Virus record (IMG/VR): IMGVR_UViG_3300027782_000041
Length of the DNA: 64,000 nucleotides
Reading direction: 5' to 3' (one strand)
Origin: an uncultured virus (IMG/VR IMGVR_UViG_3300027782_000041)
Lineage: Duplodnaviria > Heunggongvirae > Uroviricota > Caudoviricetes
Part shown: one piece after another, positions 45,513 to 55,134 of the stretch
How the letters are laid out: every line of letters starts with the position of its first letter
Position numbering within the stretch: position 1 is the stretch's first letter
Notes under the pieces: generated by a model
What the model saw: the letters and a program-made list of their open reading frames with translations, nothing else
Database searches by the model: none
Told to the model about the DNA's origin: nothing
Made by a program: the position numbers and the translations under genes

Positions 45513-46118
45513 TTATCCTCGAGGTTGGGCGCCAGTTGCTGGCTTGGGTTGACGTTTGATATTGCTGAATGGACTCTTGTCACCCATGGGCAATTCGTTT
45601 GTGGTTTTGGCAGGAGGTGTCTTGCCCCCAGCCACTGTAAAGTTACTCTTGTAAGCATTCTTCACAACTTCATGATCATAAGGACCAGTTGCATAATCTT
45701 TCTTGAGTGCTCGTTGTTCAGCGTCTGGAGCAGGGTACGGTGAATCCAACAAGTCTTTGTTTTGATCTTCGATCTTGACAGATTCGGCGTCCATGCTTTC
45801 TTCGTATGGGGTGGCCATCATCACAATGCGATTAGGATCCAGGCCTAGTATTTGTGCCAGTTGTTTGATCTGTGGCTCAATGGCTGGGTACTTGAATTCC
45901 ACATCCACTCTTGAAACTGCCTGGTTGGGAAATGCCGGAAAGTCTGGAATCTGCTTGCGGACTGGGGTGCTCTTGGCATTTGACATTTTGACAATATCAA
46001 ATTGAGCACACTTGTCTTCAAGCTGTTTAAAAAAGCCAGTGGGCACATCACCTACCACCTTGATGCGGTAGTTGTATGTACGTTCACTTTCGGCTAGGTA
46101 TCTTGCAAATGGTTTCAT
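45513..46118 (-). CDS. Hypothetical late protein
   Basis: TAAATA at 46137-46142, AGGA SD; MKPFARYLAE leader. Confidence 0.7.
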   Translation of the reverse strand: MKPFARYLAESERTYNYRIKVVGDVPTGFFKQLEDKCAQFDIVKMSNAKSTPVRKQIPDFPAFPNQAVSRVDVEFKYPAIEPQIKQLAQILGLDPNRIVMMATPYEESMDAESVKIEDQNKDLLDSPYPAPDAEQRALKKDYATGPYDHEVVKNAYKSNFTVAGGKTPPAKTTNELPMGDKSPFSNIKRQPKPATGAQPRG

Positions 46119-46139
46119 ATTCAGTATCCTGTTGTATAT

Positions 46140-46646
46140 TTATTCTTTTTGTGCGTTTTGGCCTTTGCCAATAATACGTTCCAGCAAATCGTTGCGGCTT
46201 AGAACCACTCCGTGTGCTGTTTGTGTGGAGGCCAAGCCTTCGTTTTCTTTTGAATCTAACACCTGTTGCTGTTGATCCAAGCGCATTTTCTTCATCTGCA
46301 GATCAATCATCTTGAGCTTTTTGTCTAGTTTGGCTGTTTTTGCTGTGATCGCATGTCCCAGCATGTTTGATGCTACTGAGAATATCTCGCTGGCAAATCG
46401 ACTGTCCACTTGCATGCCTAGATCCATGAGATCTTTGTAACTGGCCTTGGCCAGGTCGCTGAGATCGTCCATTTCAGCGTCAGATGATTCAAGTCCACGT
46501 ACAGCGGGCAAAGCATTATCAACTTTGTCGATAGCGTCATTTAATGCTTGTAGAGTTTCTCGGTTGGTGGGAAGTGAGGGTAAAGCATGGTCTACTTCTT
46601 CTTCGGTAGGCGGGAGATCAAAAAGTTCTTCAAGTTTTCTTGTCAT
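46140..46646 (-). CDS. Coiled-coil protein, possible terminase small subunit
   Basis: Helical 168 aa with C-terminal VLSRNDLLERI; assignment by size and architecture only. Confidence 0.45.
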   Translation of the reverse strand: MTRKLEELFDLPPTEEEVDHALPSLPTNRETLQALNDAIDKVDNALPAVRGLESSDAEMDDLSDLAKASYKDLMDLGMQVDSRFASEIFSVASNMLGHAITAKTAKLDKKLKMIDLQMKKMRLDQQQQVLDSKENEGLASTQTAHGVVLSRNDLLERIIGKGQNAQKE

Positions 46647-46660
46647 GCCATATTTATGGG

Positions 46661-47092
46661 CTAGGCTCGACCGTTGTGAAACATATCCTGTTCTGTGACC
46701 ACTCTGAATGTGAGTCCTTGGCGTTGACACCATTTGGTTGCGGCCTGCCATTTGGCATAGTTGATGGCTACCACAGCTCGATCACGGCTGTTCATTTTGG
46801 ACTCGATTACACTTTGTTTTTTGGGTTTGATTTCGATCAGTTCGGCTCGCATGGTGTTGTTGCGAGTGCGATAAGTGATCAAAAAATCTGGCACATACAC
46901 AGTTTGCTTGCCAGTTAATGGGTGTCTGTAGGGTATTTGCACTGCTTCGCTGGCCCATTGAAGCACAGCATCATTTGAATCACAAAAGCGCATGAAACTG
47001 AGTTCCCAACCGGATCTGTACCTTGGCTTGCCAGAGCCCACGTACTTGGCAGGATTCAGAATGTCATAATATCCCTGTGCCCAACGAGCCAT
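46661..47092 (-). CDS. gp4: Head completion nuclease, T4 gp4-like (TnsA-type PD-(D/E)xK fold)
   Basis: NPAKY.G, YRSGWE..FM.FCD, WASE...IPY, YVPDF, EIKP, N.AKW.AA. Confidence 0.85.
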   Translation of the reverse strand: MARWAQGYYDILNPAKYVGSGKPRYRSGWELSFMRFCDSNDAVLQWASEAVQIPYRHPLTGKQTVYVPDFLITYRTRNNTMRAELIEIKPKKQSVIESKMNSRDRAVVAINYAKWQAATKWCQRQGLTFRVVTEQDMFHNGRA

Positions 47093-47466
47093 TACTGCAC
47101 CACGTTTCTGGCTGCATAGTAGTTTGGTATCACAGCCACGCCCACGCCCAGCAAAGTGGCTCTGTTGCGAATGCTGTTGAGATAGTAGGCCATGTTCAAG
47201 TTTATACTCATTGAATTGCCAACTCCGCCGCCGCTGGTTTGAAAAGTCTGTAACAGTGTCAAGGCTGGAATTTTGGTATCTTCAGCTACTCTGAACAAGC
47301 TCACAGTAAAGTTATCTGCCGCTTGCTTGGTAGTCATTATTGATCGAAAATAACTGTTGACCACATCATATTCGCCCACAGGAATGTCAACATCATAGTC
47401 GTAAAAGGTATCAAAAACTCTTACCGTTTGGTCAATTCGGTAGTTGGTATCATTAATAGTGGACAT
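47092..47466 (-). CDS. Hypothetical protein in the tail operon
   Basis: ORF coupled to its neighbours. Confidence 0.7.
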   Translation of the reverse strand: MSTINDTNYRIDQTVRVFDTFYDYDVDIPVGEYDVVNSYFRSIMTTKQAADNFTVSLFRVAEDTKIPALTLLQTFQTSGGGVGNSMSINLNMAYYLNSIRNRATLLGVGVAVIPNYYAARNVVQ

Positions 47467-47468
47467 GA

Positions 47469-48614
47469 TTATCTACCTGTGGTGTTGTTACTGGGACTCT
47501 GTGGGCTGGGAAAGTACATGCCGCTGGAGCGACCAGGAATACTGCGTATGGCGCCGGGAATGGCACCTTGAATACTCTTGACACCTTGTGTAATTATTTC
47601 ACCTTTGGCAATGCTGGCAATGTTTTTGCCTTTGAATGTGTTGTAGGCTGTGCCGGCTTTTTGCACAGCACCAATAGCACCCAGCAGGCCGCCGCTTGAT
47701 AAATCTTCTAGGATACCGCCACCTGCATCCAACAAACCACCTTGTCCAAACACTGTGGCTCTTGAACCTGGTCTTGAAATAGGACTTGTGGTAGTATCGT
47801 AATGTGCAGGATCAGCAAAACCTTGCACGTTGGTGTCAGGTCGTTGATTGCCCACAGCACCAGAATAGTATTTCACTGTTTCGTAAGCAATGGTCATGGT
47901 GTTTTGCATGGTGCCAGCACCTTCAGCATAAGAATACTGATCATGATTGAAAGCCGTGATCACTGGGTTGATCAACACATATTCGGCAAACTTGTGCTGG
48001 TCCATGCCATAGATACGTATGTCACGGAAGAATGGCGGCTTGCCCGACGCTGAACTTGTGCCATCATTGAATGCTTCGCCGATATAGCCCCAGTCGTTGA
48101 CATTGCCCAGTCGTTGATTTTCGTAAATGTCTCGAGCATTGTAACCAAATCCTGATGATTTGTTGCCTGACTGGCCAAGACTACCATTGGTACTGTTGGG
48201 TGCTAGATAGTTTTGGCTGGGATCTTTGTAGTAGTAGCTGTAGTAGTTGTACCACATGTTGCGTACATTGTCTCCTGAGTCATCATGAAACGTCAATGTA
48301 ACTGGTTCATAATTGATCTTGGTCTGTACCACACGCTTGCGGTTGTACTGGTTGAGAGTTTCCGTTGCAATACTATACTTGGGTAGATCCACGGTTTTGA
48401 CCACCACACTGAGATTTTGTGCTTCTTGTGTGCCGATCACTTTGGAGATTGCTGGGATATCTGAGTTGAGCGTGAAGCTCACGTGAAACAGGAATTTGTA
48501 GCGTGGCTTGAGTTCAAATGCGTTGGATGTAAAGGCTTTGCTTGCGTGGGTGTAATCACGCAAGCTGCTAGTGCCAGTAAAGCCTTGTAAAAATTGTTGG
48601 CCAAATGTTGGCAT
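47469..48614 (-). CDS. Tail-tube-fold baseplate/tube initiator (gp48/gp54-like)
   Basis: KTVDLP, NQYNRKR, YEPVTLTFHDD, TIAYE; follows the tube gene. Confidence 0.65.
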   Translation of the reverse strand: MPTFGQQFLQGFTGTSSLRDYTHASKAFTSNAFELKPRYKFLFHVSFTLNSDIPAISKVIGTQEAQNLSVVVKTVDLPKYSIATETLNQYNRKRVVQTKINYEPVTLTFHDDSGDNVRNMWYNYYSYYYKDPSQNYLAPNSTNGSLGQSGNKSSGFGYNARDIYENQRLGNVNDWGYIGEAFNDGTSSASGKPPFFRDIRIYGMDQHKFAEYVLINPVITAFNHDQYSYAEGAGTMQNTMTIAYETVKYYSGAVGNQRPDTNVQGFADPAHYDTTTSPISRPGSRATVFGQGGLLDAGGGILEDLSSGGLLGAIGAVQKAGTAYNTFKGKNIASIAKGEIITQGVKSIQGAIPGAIRSIPGRSSGMYFPSPQSPSNNTTGR

Positions 48615-48630
48615 ATTAGCCCACTAAGGG

Positions 48631-49263
48631 TTAAGCGCCTGTACCAGCACCAGTTACCACATCACCAACTGTTCTACCGATTGCTGTGCCAACTCCAGTA
48701 CCGTTAGGTGTTTGGTTAGCGTTGTCGTAAGCGATTGTCATGTTGACTGTGACACCTTCGTTGGTACCATAGTTCAATTCACCGTAGTCTGCGGCTTTTA
48801 AGTAACAGCCATACAATTCCCAAGTTTCAAGAACCACAGGAGTTGCAGCACCGTTGCCACCGTCTAGGATTTCAATCTTGGTCAAGAATTTGTAATCAAT
48901 ACCAGAAGCAGCAGATGCCATTTCCAAGAAGTCCATTTGCTTTTGCAATTGCTCACCGATCAACTTGCTCACGCTGCCACTGGCATCGTCACGCACTGAG
49001 CAAGCAACGTCTGCCCACGAGTGGCGGCCGGCCAGTTTCAATGTTGAGTTGTAGATTGGCAATGTGATTTCTTCGAATGTCAAGTTAGGACGAGCCACGC
49101 TCACAACTTGCTTGGTTAATTCTGTTGTTGGCTTTGAAATGCCGAAGTTTTCAAACATCACTCTAAAGCGATATTTAAGTTTTGGCATCAACAAGCCTTG
49201 TACGCTAGAGCTTTGATCGCTAGCTAAAGGTACTGTCATGCGCTGTAATGATGAAACTGCCAT
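48631..49263 (-). CDS. gp19: Tail tube protein, gp19-like
   Basis: PKLKYRFRV, RPNL.FEEI, LAGR.SW, WELYGC, L.Y, IAYDNA; immediately downstream of the sheath. Confidence 0.85.
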   Translation of the reverse strand: MAVSSLQRMTVPLASDQSSSVQGLLMPKLKYRFRVMFENFGISKPTTELTKQVVSVARPNLTFEEITLPIYNSTLKLAGRHSWADVACSVRDDASGSVSKLIGEQLQKQMDFLEMASAASGIDYKFLTKIEILDGGNGAATPVVLETWELYGCYLKAADYGELNYGTNEGVTVNMTIAYDNANQTPNGTGVGTAIGRTVGDVVTGAGTGA

Positions 49264-49292
49264 TTGTTATCTCCTATATGTTTATTTACCTG

Positions 49293-49321
49293 GAAAGGAG
49301 GCGGTCGAAACCGCCACCTTT
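49293..49321 (-). terminator. Hairpin between sheath and tube (TTCG loop), followed by a TAAATA late promoter at 49283-49288
   Basis: AAGGTGGCGGT-TTCG-ACCGCCTCCTTT on the minus strand. Confidence 0.65.
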
Positions 49322-52300
49322 TTAAACTCCAGCGCCTCCGGCGATCTCACCAGTGTTCTTGATACGCAACGGAATATAGATAAATTCCACCGCTTTCACT
49401 GGTTCTATGGCAATATCAACCCACAGTTCGTTTCGATCAATACGTGCTGGTGTGTTGTTGCTCAAATCGCAAACCACCAAGTAGTCATAGATCGCACGTT
49501 TAGCAATCAAGTCAATCATCAAGCTGTTGCAAGTGTTAGTGATCTCATTGCGTGTGATTGTATCGTTGGGTTCAAACAAGTACAGCTTGCCAATTTCTTC
49601 AAGACGTCCACGCAAGAATGCAATCAATCGTGCAACGTTGATACGATCCAAGGCTGTGGTAGTTACGGTTGAAGTCTTGTTACCAAAGTTGGTTATACCA
49701 ATTCCCGGAATAAACGTAATTGGATTGATGTTGCGCTCGTACAGGATGTCACGCACACTTTGGCTCACACCAATTTGGTTAAACTCGCCTGTTGCAGCAT
49801 CAATGTAGCCAATTGAGGCTGCATTGTCAATCACGCCACGACGTGTGCCTGCTGGTGCCAACCATGGATAACTTGCAGCATCACTACGCAAGATTGTGCG
49901 AACCATCATGTGGCTCGGAGGTTGAACAACTGTGTTGCCACCAAGGTCAGTTGTCTGACAGCTTGGATAGAACACACCGCAATAGTTGCTGGTTGCTGAA
50001 TTTCCATCACCGTTGGGTTGTCCCAGGCCATTGTTATCAGTAGCAAATGCTACCAAACTGTTGCCATCTGGTCCAAGACGCATCGGTGTGTCGCCCACAA
50101 CAAACAATGTATTGTTGCGCTCATTGCTGAGTGCAATCATGTTTGGTGTCAACTCTGGGTAAGCAGGTGTAGCAATGATGTTGAACTGTGTTTGTTCTTC
50201 ACGTGCTGTGACGCTGGTGTCAATGCCTGACTTGAGTGCTTGAACAATCAATTGACGTTGTGCCAAGCGACCTGACCACATGGCGCCGTTGTCTCTATTG
50301 CCACTGGTGCTGAGCCAGGTATTTAGATTGATCAAAGCCCAGTATGTGCCATTGCTGGGATTCTGATTGGCCGTAGGAGCCAAAATACACACATAGATAC
50401 CATTGTTGTAGCTGACAAATTCATTTGCACCATAAGTTGTGCTGCCTGACCATGCATCAATAGCATAGTCAGTGGCAGTGGTTGTGAAGTAACTGCTTTG
50501 GAAGCTCTTGACATTGTAGCCCGAACGACGTGTGTTGAACAACAACATGCCTTGAGGATACAGGGCCGGGTTAGGAGCATCTGGATCAAGATAATCACTG
50601 TCTAGTAGATCTTCAATGCTTGGAAAAGGATCTGCCACAGGGTCTGTAGTACCATTGGGTGCCCATCGTGCATCAGCAAACAGGATACCATTTTGTGTCA
50701 CTTGATCTGAAGTGTCAATTTCCACCCATTGATCAAGTCCGCTTGCACTTTCCCAACGATATAGTTTGGGATAGTTTTCCAAGTCTGATGTGTCTACCCA
50801 CAAGTCGCCGTAGGCCAAGTCACTTTCAGCAGTGTCTGTTTGTGTGGTAGGTGCTGTGGCCGAAATGATAGGACCAGTGGCATTACACAAAGTCAAGTCA
50901 TTGCCGCGAACATCATTGGAGACCAATTGGTATCCTTGCCAGGCGCCGTTGTCCTGAATCATGATGTCTACTTCGTCAACTGCGCTGTAGTACCACAGTC
51001 TTCCATCTGCAGGATCTTGATCTGGTGCCGTTGAACTAGCTGTGTAGGTAAACAACGGATCAGTTACGAAATTACTCAATACCACAAATGCTGCATTAAC
51101 CGGACTCTGACGTACTTTATCAGTGCTTGTGGTGAAACCAGCAGCAGTAGTTGGCGTACCTATCACACTATCAAGCAATATTGTGCCGCCTTGGCTGTGT
51201 GTAAACACAATGTTGCCTGCGGTGTTCACGCTAGCTGACACATACGGCACATTGGCCGCGCTCACTGCTGCACAAAAATCTGCCACGCCACCTGAGCCAC
51301 CAATGGTAGCTGTACCACCATTGGTTGTTGACTGCCCTGCGGCAGTGGCAATTATAGTGAATGAATTACCAACCGTAAATGATGTAGGTGTAGTTGTACC
51401 CGTTACTTCAAGTGCACCAGTTGCATATCGATTTAAAATTTCAAATGCAAATGTTGTCAACGGTGTGGTTGAGTAGTAGTAACTATTGAACCCCACATAA
51501 CTTGTGCCTACAGGTATATTTTTACCACCTCCGGTGGGATCCAAGTTATATAGTGCGACTATGTCAGTGGCATAAGCCGGCACTGTTTGTGACACAAACG
51601 TGCCCAGGGTAGCACTGTATGATTTGAAGCTCAAATTCAAACCATTGTTGGCTGTGGAAAGATTTTGCCATACAGAACCTGTTGGACGACCACCGTCATC
51701 GTCTGTGGTTCTCCAGCGTGGCTGTTCGTAACTGTAGGCTGGTTCATAGTCGGGAGCTGCATACTCACCTGCTGTGATACCCAGTGCAGTGAGCAAGGCT
51801 CCGCCACCCACTGTGCCTGCATCAATTGTGACAATACCATTGTTGCTCAGTGTCGATCCATCATTGGCCGCAGTTGAATCTGCAAAGATACGCAACACAT
51901 TGCTTGTGGCAGTGGCAGTAACACCTGTTATACTAGCTGCGTTGATGTTGGCAGCCAGGCCTGCCACAGTGGCTGTGGTCACAGTGATCAAAGTGTCATT
52001 GATATAGATATTGTTGCCTGCTGTCAAGCTGGTAGGAGCTGCAGATCCTGTGATTGTGGGCCATGAAGTTTTCCATGCATTGCTACCAATCTGATTCCAG
52101 GTGTTGTCAGATTTTTTGTAATAACCAAATATCTCAGCCCCAATTGCTGTCACTGCATAATCACCAATGGATCCAATTGATTGCTTGGGAGTGTTACCTG
52201 CTATGGTACCGTTGCCGCTCACAGTGTCTGTAGCGTCGGTGATCACCAGCGGTACTACATTGGTAAATGTAGCAGTGGTTTGATCCCATTCAAAAATTCC

Positions 52301-52732
52301 CCAGGTGCTGACTGTGGTGTCCAACCAGTAGTCACCATTGGCAGGATCACCAGTTGGACGAGTTAAACTTGCAGTTAGTTCTGTTAGATCAACGTCAGCA
52401 CGTTGTACATACGCACGGTTGGTAACACCCAGTGCTGAGTAAGCAGCCAACAAGCCATACTCATTGAGTTCATAACCATTGATTGGAGTGCCAGTTGTGG
52501 TGTTGTAGAAGAATGGCACACCAAAGGTGGCTGCCAAATCACGCTGACTGGTAATCAAATAAGTTTTGTTTGCATTAGCAGCAAGTGTACCAGCTGCCAC
52601 GGTTATTCCGTCGCTGGATACTTTGTTTTGCGCTGTGGCAACCACAAAGTAAGGGACTGTGTTGACAGCGGAAGGGATGTATTGACTCTCATCAATTACT
52701 GTTACTTCTACGCCTGGAGATACTAGAGCCAT
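49322..52732 (-). CDS. gp18: Tail sheath protein, gp18-like, enlarged by insertions (1136 aa)
   Basis: MALVSPGVEV..IDES, PWLAPAG.RRG, INPI, RINVARL, FEPND, NNTP..ID.NEL.VDI.I.P.KA.EFIYI. Confidence 0.93.
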   Translation of the reverse strand: MALVSPGVEVTVIDESQYIPSAVNTVPYFVVATAQNKVSSDGITVAAGTLAANANKTYLITSQRDLAATFGVPFFYNTTTGTPINGYELNEYGLLAAYSALGVTNRAYVQRADVDLTELTASLTRPTGDPANGDYWLDTTVSTWGIFEWDQTTATFTNVVPLVITDATDTVSGNGTIAGNTPKQSIGSIGDYAVTAIGAEIFGYYKKSDNTWNQIGSNAWKTSWPTITGSAAPTSLTAGNNIYINDTLITVTTATVAGLAANINAASITGVTATATSNVLRIFADSTAANDGSTLSNNGIVTIDAGTVGGGALLTALGITAGEYAAPDYEPAYSYEQPRWRTTDDDGGRPTGSVWQNLSTANNGLNLSFKSYSATLGTFVSQTVPAYATDIVALYNLDPTGGGKNIPVGTSYVGFNSYYYSTTPLTTFAFEILNRYATGALEVTGTTTPTSFTVGNSFTIIATAAGQSTTNGGTATIGGSGGVADFCAAVSAANVPYVSASVNTAGNIVFTHSQGGTILLDSVIGTPTTAAGFTTSTDKVRQSPVNAAFVVLSNFVTDPLFTYTASSTAPDQDPADGRLWYYSAVDEVDIMIQDNGAWQGYQLVSNDVRGNDLTLCNATGPIISATAPTTQTDTAESDLAYGDLWVDTSDLENYPKLYRWESASGLDQWVEIDTSDQVTQNGILFADARWAPNGTTDPVADPFPSIEDLLDSDYLDPDAPNPALYPQGMLLFNTRRSGYNVKSFQSSYFTTTATDYAIDAWSGSTTYGANEFVSYNNGIYVCILAPTANQNPSNGTYWALINLNTWLSTSGNRDNGAMWSGRLAQRQLIVQALKSGIDTSVTAREEQTQFNIIATPAYPELTPNMIALSNERNNTLFVVGDTPMRLGPDGNSLVAFATDNNGLGQPNGDGNSATSNYCGVFYPSCQTTDLGGNTVVQPPSHMMVRTILRSDAASYPWLAPAGTRRGVIDNAASIGYIDAATGEFNQIGVSQSVRDILYERNINPITFIPGIGITNFGNKTSTVTTTALDRINVARLIAFLRGRLEEIGKLYLFEPNDTITRNEITNTCNSLMIDLIAKRAIYDYLVVCDLSNNTPARIDRNELWVDIAIEPVKAVEFIYIPLRIKNTGEIAGGAGV

Positions 52733-52827
52733 GTTATGGATTCCTTTTCAAGTTCTAATATTTATTGACAAGCGTCAAAAACAGCTGAGTTGGGCTCCCT
52801 TTGGCCAAGGTCCGCCATAAATACGCC

Positions 52828-53175
52828 ATGCAAAGACCCATCTGTCAGTCATGTCATCAACGACCATGTGCTGTAAACTATCGCAAAGAAGACGTTACCC
52901 ACTATAGATCACGATGTGAGAACTGCACCAGGAGAGGGAGAGGACTTCGACCAAGAGATCCGCGCTGGAAAAGTGCTGGTTATAAGAAAAAACCCGCATG
53001 TGACAAGTGCGGGTTCAAGGCCAAACTGCTGACACAGCTATTGGTATTTCATGTTGACGGAAACCTCAACAATTTGGAACAACGAAATTTAAAAACAATT
53101 TGTCTTAACTGTGTTGAATTAATTAAAAAAACTGATGTTACTTGGCATCGGGGCGATCTTGAACCAGACTTATGA
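52828..53175 (+). CDS. Zn-finger/HNH-like protein
   Basis: Four CxxC pairs; VFHVDGNLNN...NL.TICLNC; TAAATA 4 nt upstream. Confidence 0.7.
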   Translation: MQRPICQSCHQRPCAVNYRKEDVTHYRSRCENCTRRGRGLRPRDPRWKSAGYKKKPACDKCGFKAKLLTQLLVFHVDGNLNNLEQRNLKTICLNCVELIKKTDVTWHRGDLEPDL

Positions 53176-53788
53176 CTTGTGCATACAAGTCATCAAGACT
53201 ACGATTGTTATCCAGCACAGCATCAAATTCTGTGCCAACCCAGGCAGTTTCACTAGCATGAATGCGAAATTTTTCTAATTTTGTATGGCTCAAAGCCCAG
53301 GTAATGTTGCCTGTGGCGCCTCGATTTACACTCAGTGCGGCCTTGTACCATTCAGGTTCGGGCCCACGAGTTACTCTAATAACTCGGCCGCCTGCTTGTT
53401 TAATAGCACGGATTTCATTGGGGAAACGGCAGTCGGAAATCACCACATCATCTTGGCTATGACGCAGTTTGTTTTCTAAACTGGCAATCCAGATATCATC
53501 GTGAAATCCAGCTCTACAAACTTCTGTGCCCCAGTATTGTAAGATCCAACGTGGAGTTAGTGTGGGCATGTGCAAGCGTTCGGCCCACCAAGAATCCACT
53601 TGTTCACGCCATTCGCGGGCTTGTTTGGTGCGCCCTTCCAGCATGGTTCTGTCCCATCCAAACACCTGGGCCACTGCGTCTTTTAGGGTTGATGCAAAAC
53701 TCTCTCGACGGAAACCATGCAAGTTTACCAGGTAATCAGCAATGGTATCTTTGCCAGAACCTATAAATCCACAGATGCCAATGATCAT
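53138..53788 (-). CDS. Deoxynucleoside monophosphate kinase, T4 gp1-like
   Basis: GFIGSGKDT, FA..LKD, TPR.ILQ..GTE, ISDCRFPNE, HASE. Confidence 0.9.
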   Translation of the reverse strand: MIIGICGFIGSGKDTIADYLVNLHGFRRESFASTLKDAVAQVFGWDRTMLEGRTKQAREWREQVDSWWAERLHMPTLTPRWILQYWGTEVCRAGFHDDIWIASLENKLRHSQDDVVISDCRFPNEIRAIKQAGGRVIRVTRGPEPEWYKAALSVNRGATGNITWALSHTKLEKFRIHASETAWVGTEFDAVLDNNRSLDDLYAQVISLVQDRPDAK

Positions 53789-54309
53789 TTGAGTTCCTTT
53801 ACGTTAAGATGTTGAAGTGTTGTTTGTAGCATGCCAATCTGTCTACGGCAGTCTTCCAGTGCATGATGACTGGTGACGGGAATGGGCTGTTCTGGCCATA
53901 AACTAAACACTGTACGACTGTCACGCACCTGGTAGTATTTCCAAGGAAGAGGCTTGTTGTAGCTCTTGTAGGCATGTTCAAGAATGTTCATGTCGTACGT
54001 TGGACCTTGTGCCCAGATCAGCTTGGAGTGCCAGATCAGCCGAGCTAGTTCGTCCAGAGCCTGATCCAATGGGATACGATCTTGTTCCCCAAATGCTTCT
54101 TCTCTAGCATGTTCTGGTTGAGTTGCCCACCAGGCTATTGTACCATCATCAATTGCACGATTTTCCTGACTCTCCAGTGTGACTCTAGCATAGTAATGTC
54201 GGTCGTAACAGCCCGACCCAAACGGATCAAATGCCTGGGCGGCTATGGTAAGGATAGTAGTGTCGGGGCCTGTTGCTAGTCCCTCAAGATCAATCATTAG
54301 GTGTGCCAT
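53785..54309 (-). CDS. DEDDh 3'-5' exonuclease (ExoVIII/DexA-like)
   Basis: MIDLEGL, T..WW..Q, WAQG..YD, RDSRT, HHALED. Confidence 0.85.
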   Translation of the reverse strand: MAHLMIDLEGLATGPDTTILTIAAQAFDPFGSGCYDRHYYARVTLESQENRAIDDGTIAWWATQPEHAREEAFGEQDRIPLDQALDELARLIWHSKLIWAQGPTYDMNILEHAYKSYNKPLPWKYYQVRDSRTVFSLWPEQPIPVTSHHALEDCRRQIGMLQTTLQHLNVKELK

Positions 54310-54315
54310 ACATGT

Positions 54316-54344
54316 AGTATAGCAGATTTTTAGATCAATATCAA
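54316..54344 (-). promoter_or_regulatory. Sigma70-type promoter (TTGATA-17-TATACT, extended -10), 6 nt before ATG
   Basis: Direct read of the minus strand. Confidence 0.6.
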
Positions 54345-54351
54345 ACTTGAA

Positions 54352-55113
54352 TTAGCCAATTACCCAGGTAAGTGGTTGACTTGCATCCACATACAGTTTG
54401 AGTTGTTCAATTAGGTCAGCCATGGCTTCTTTGGCTTCGGCTTTCATCGCAGTGCCGTTGAGTTGGCCTCCACCCTGTGGACCGGCAATTTGTGCAAATT
54501 TTTCACGAGCTTCACCAATGATCATCTTGGAGTTGGCTACCATGTAGTCCTTGATCCATTGTTGGATTTGGTAGTCACTGAGCAATTGAATCTCGGGTTT
54601 GACTTGGTATACCCAAAGCAACACGTTTTCGCCGGTGCCTTTTGGATCACGGATCAGTTGTAGTTTTTTGGTTACAGAATTGAACGTATAGTTCATGTAT
54701 GCACCGAACATGCGCCCGGCAAGTTCCACATACTGTGAGTAGAAATCGTAAGTGGCAAGTCCACCTGCCACGTTAAAGTTCATAAGGTAAACGTTGATTG
54801 AGGCCTGTGCAAACGGATCAAAGTTTGATGCAAAAGGACCAGTTGAGTCACCAAACGTTCTACGGAATACTTGACGTACACTTGCAACTTCTTGGGGCAG
54901 GGTGTAGATGTTTACATCTCGAATCAACTCCATAAAGATGTATGCTTCTTCGTAAGCATTTTCAGCACGTTGACGATAAGTGCCTATTGTTTTTTGATAA
55001 GCAGCTTCGTAGTGTGCAGGGTCTAATTCAAGATCAACTATTTGATCACCCAACTGGAGCTTGACATATTCTATTAAATCTTGCTTCAGTTGGGGTAGGG
55101 TATTTTCAGCCAT
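54352..55113 (-). CDS. gp13: Neck protein, T4 gp13-like
   Basis: L..Y...QLG...V.LEL, WIKDY..A..K...G..R.KF..I.GP.GG..LNG. Confidence 0.8.
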   Translation of the reverse strand: MAENTLPQLKQDLIEYVKLQLGDQIVDLELDPAHYEAAYQKTIGTYRQRAENAYEEAYIFMELIRDVNIYTLPQEVASVRQVFRRTFGDSTGPFASNFDPFAQASINVYLMNFNVAGGLATYDFYSQYVELAGRMFGAYMNYTFNSVTKKLQLIRDPKGTGENVLLWVYQVKPEIQLLSDYQIQQWIKDYMVANSKMIIGEAREKFAQIAGPQGGGQLNGTAMKAEAKEAMADLIEQLKLYVDASQPLTWVIG

Positions 55114-55134
55114 AAGGGACTCCAGTCCCTATAT

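Noticed and set aside
46661..47092. TnsA transposase of a Tn7-like element
   Set aside because: No tnsB/tnsC or terminal repeats; motifs and tail-operon context fit T4 gp4
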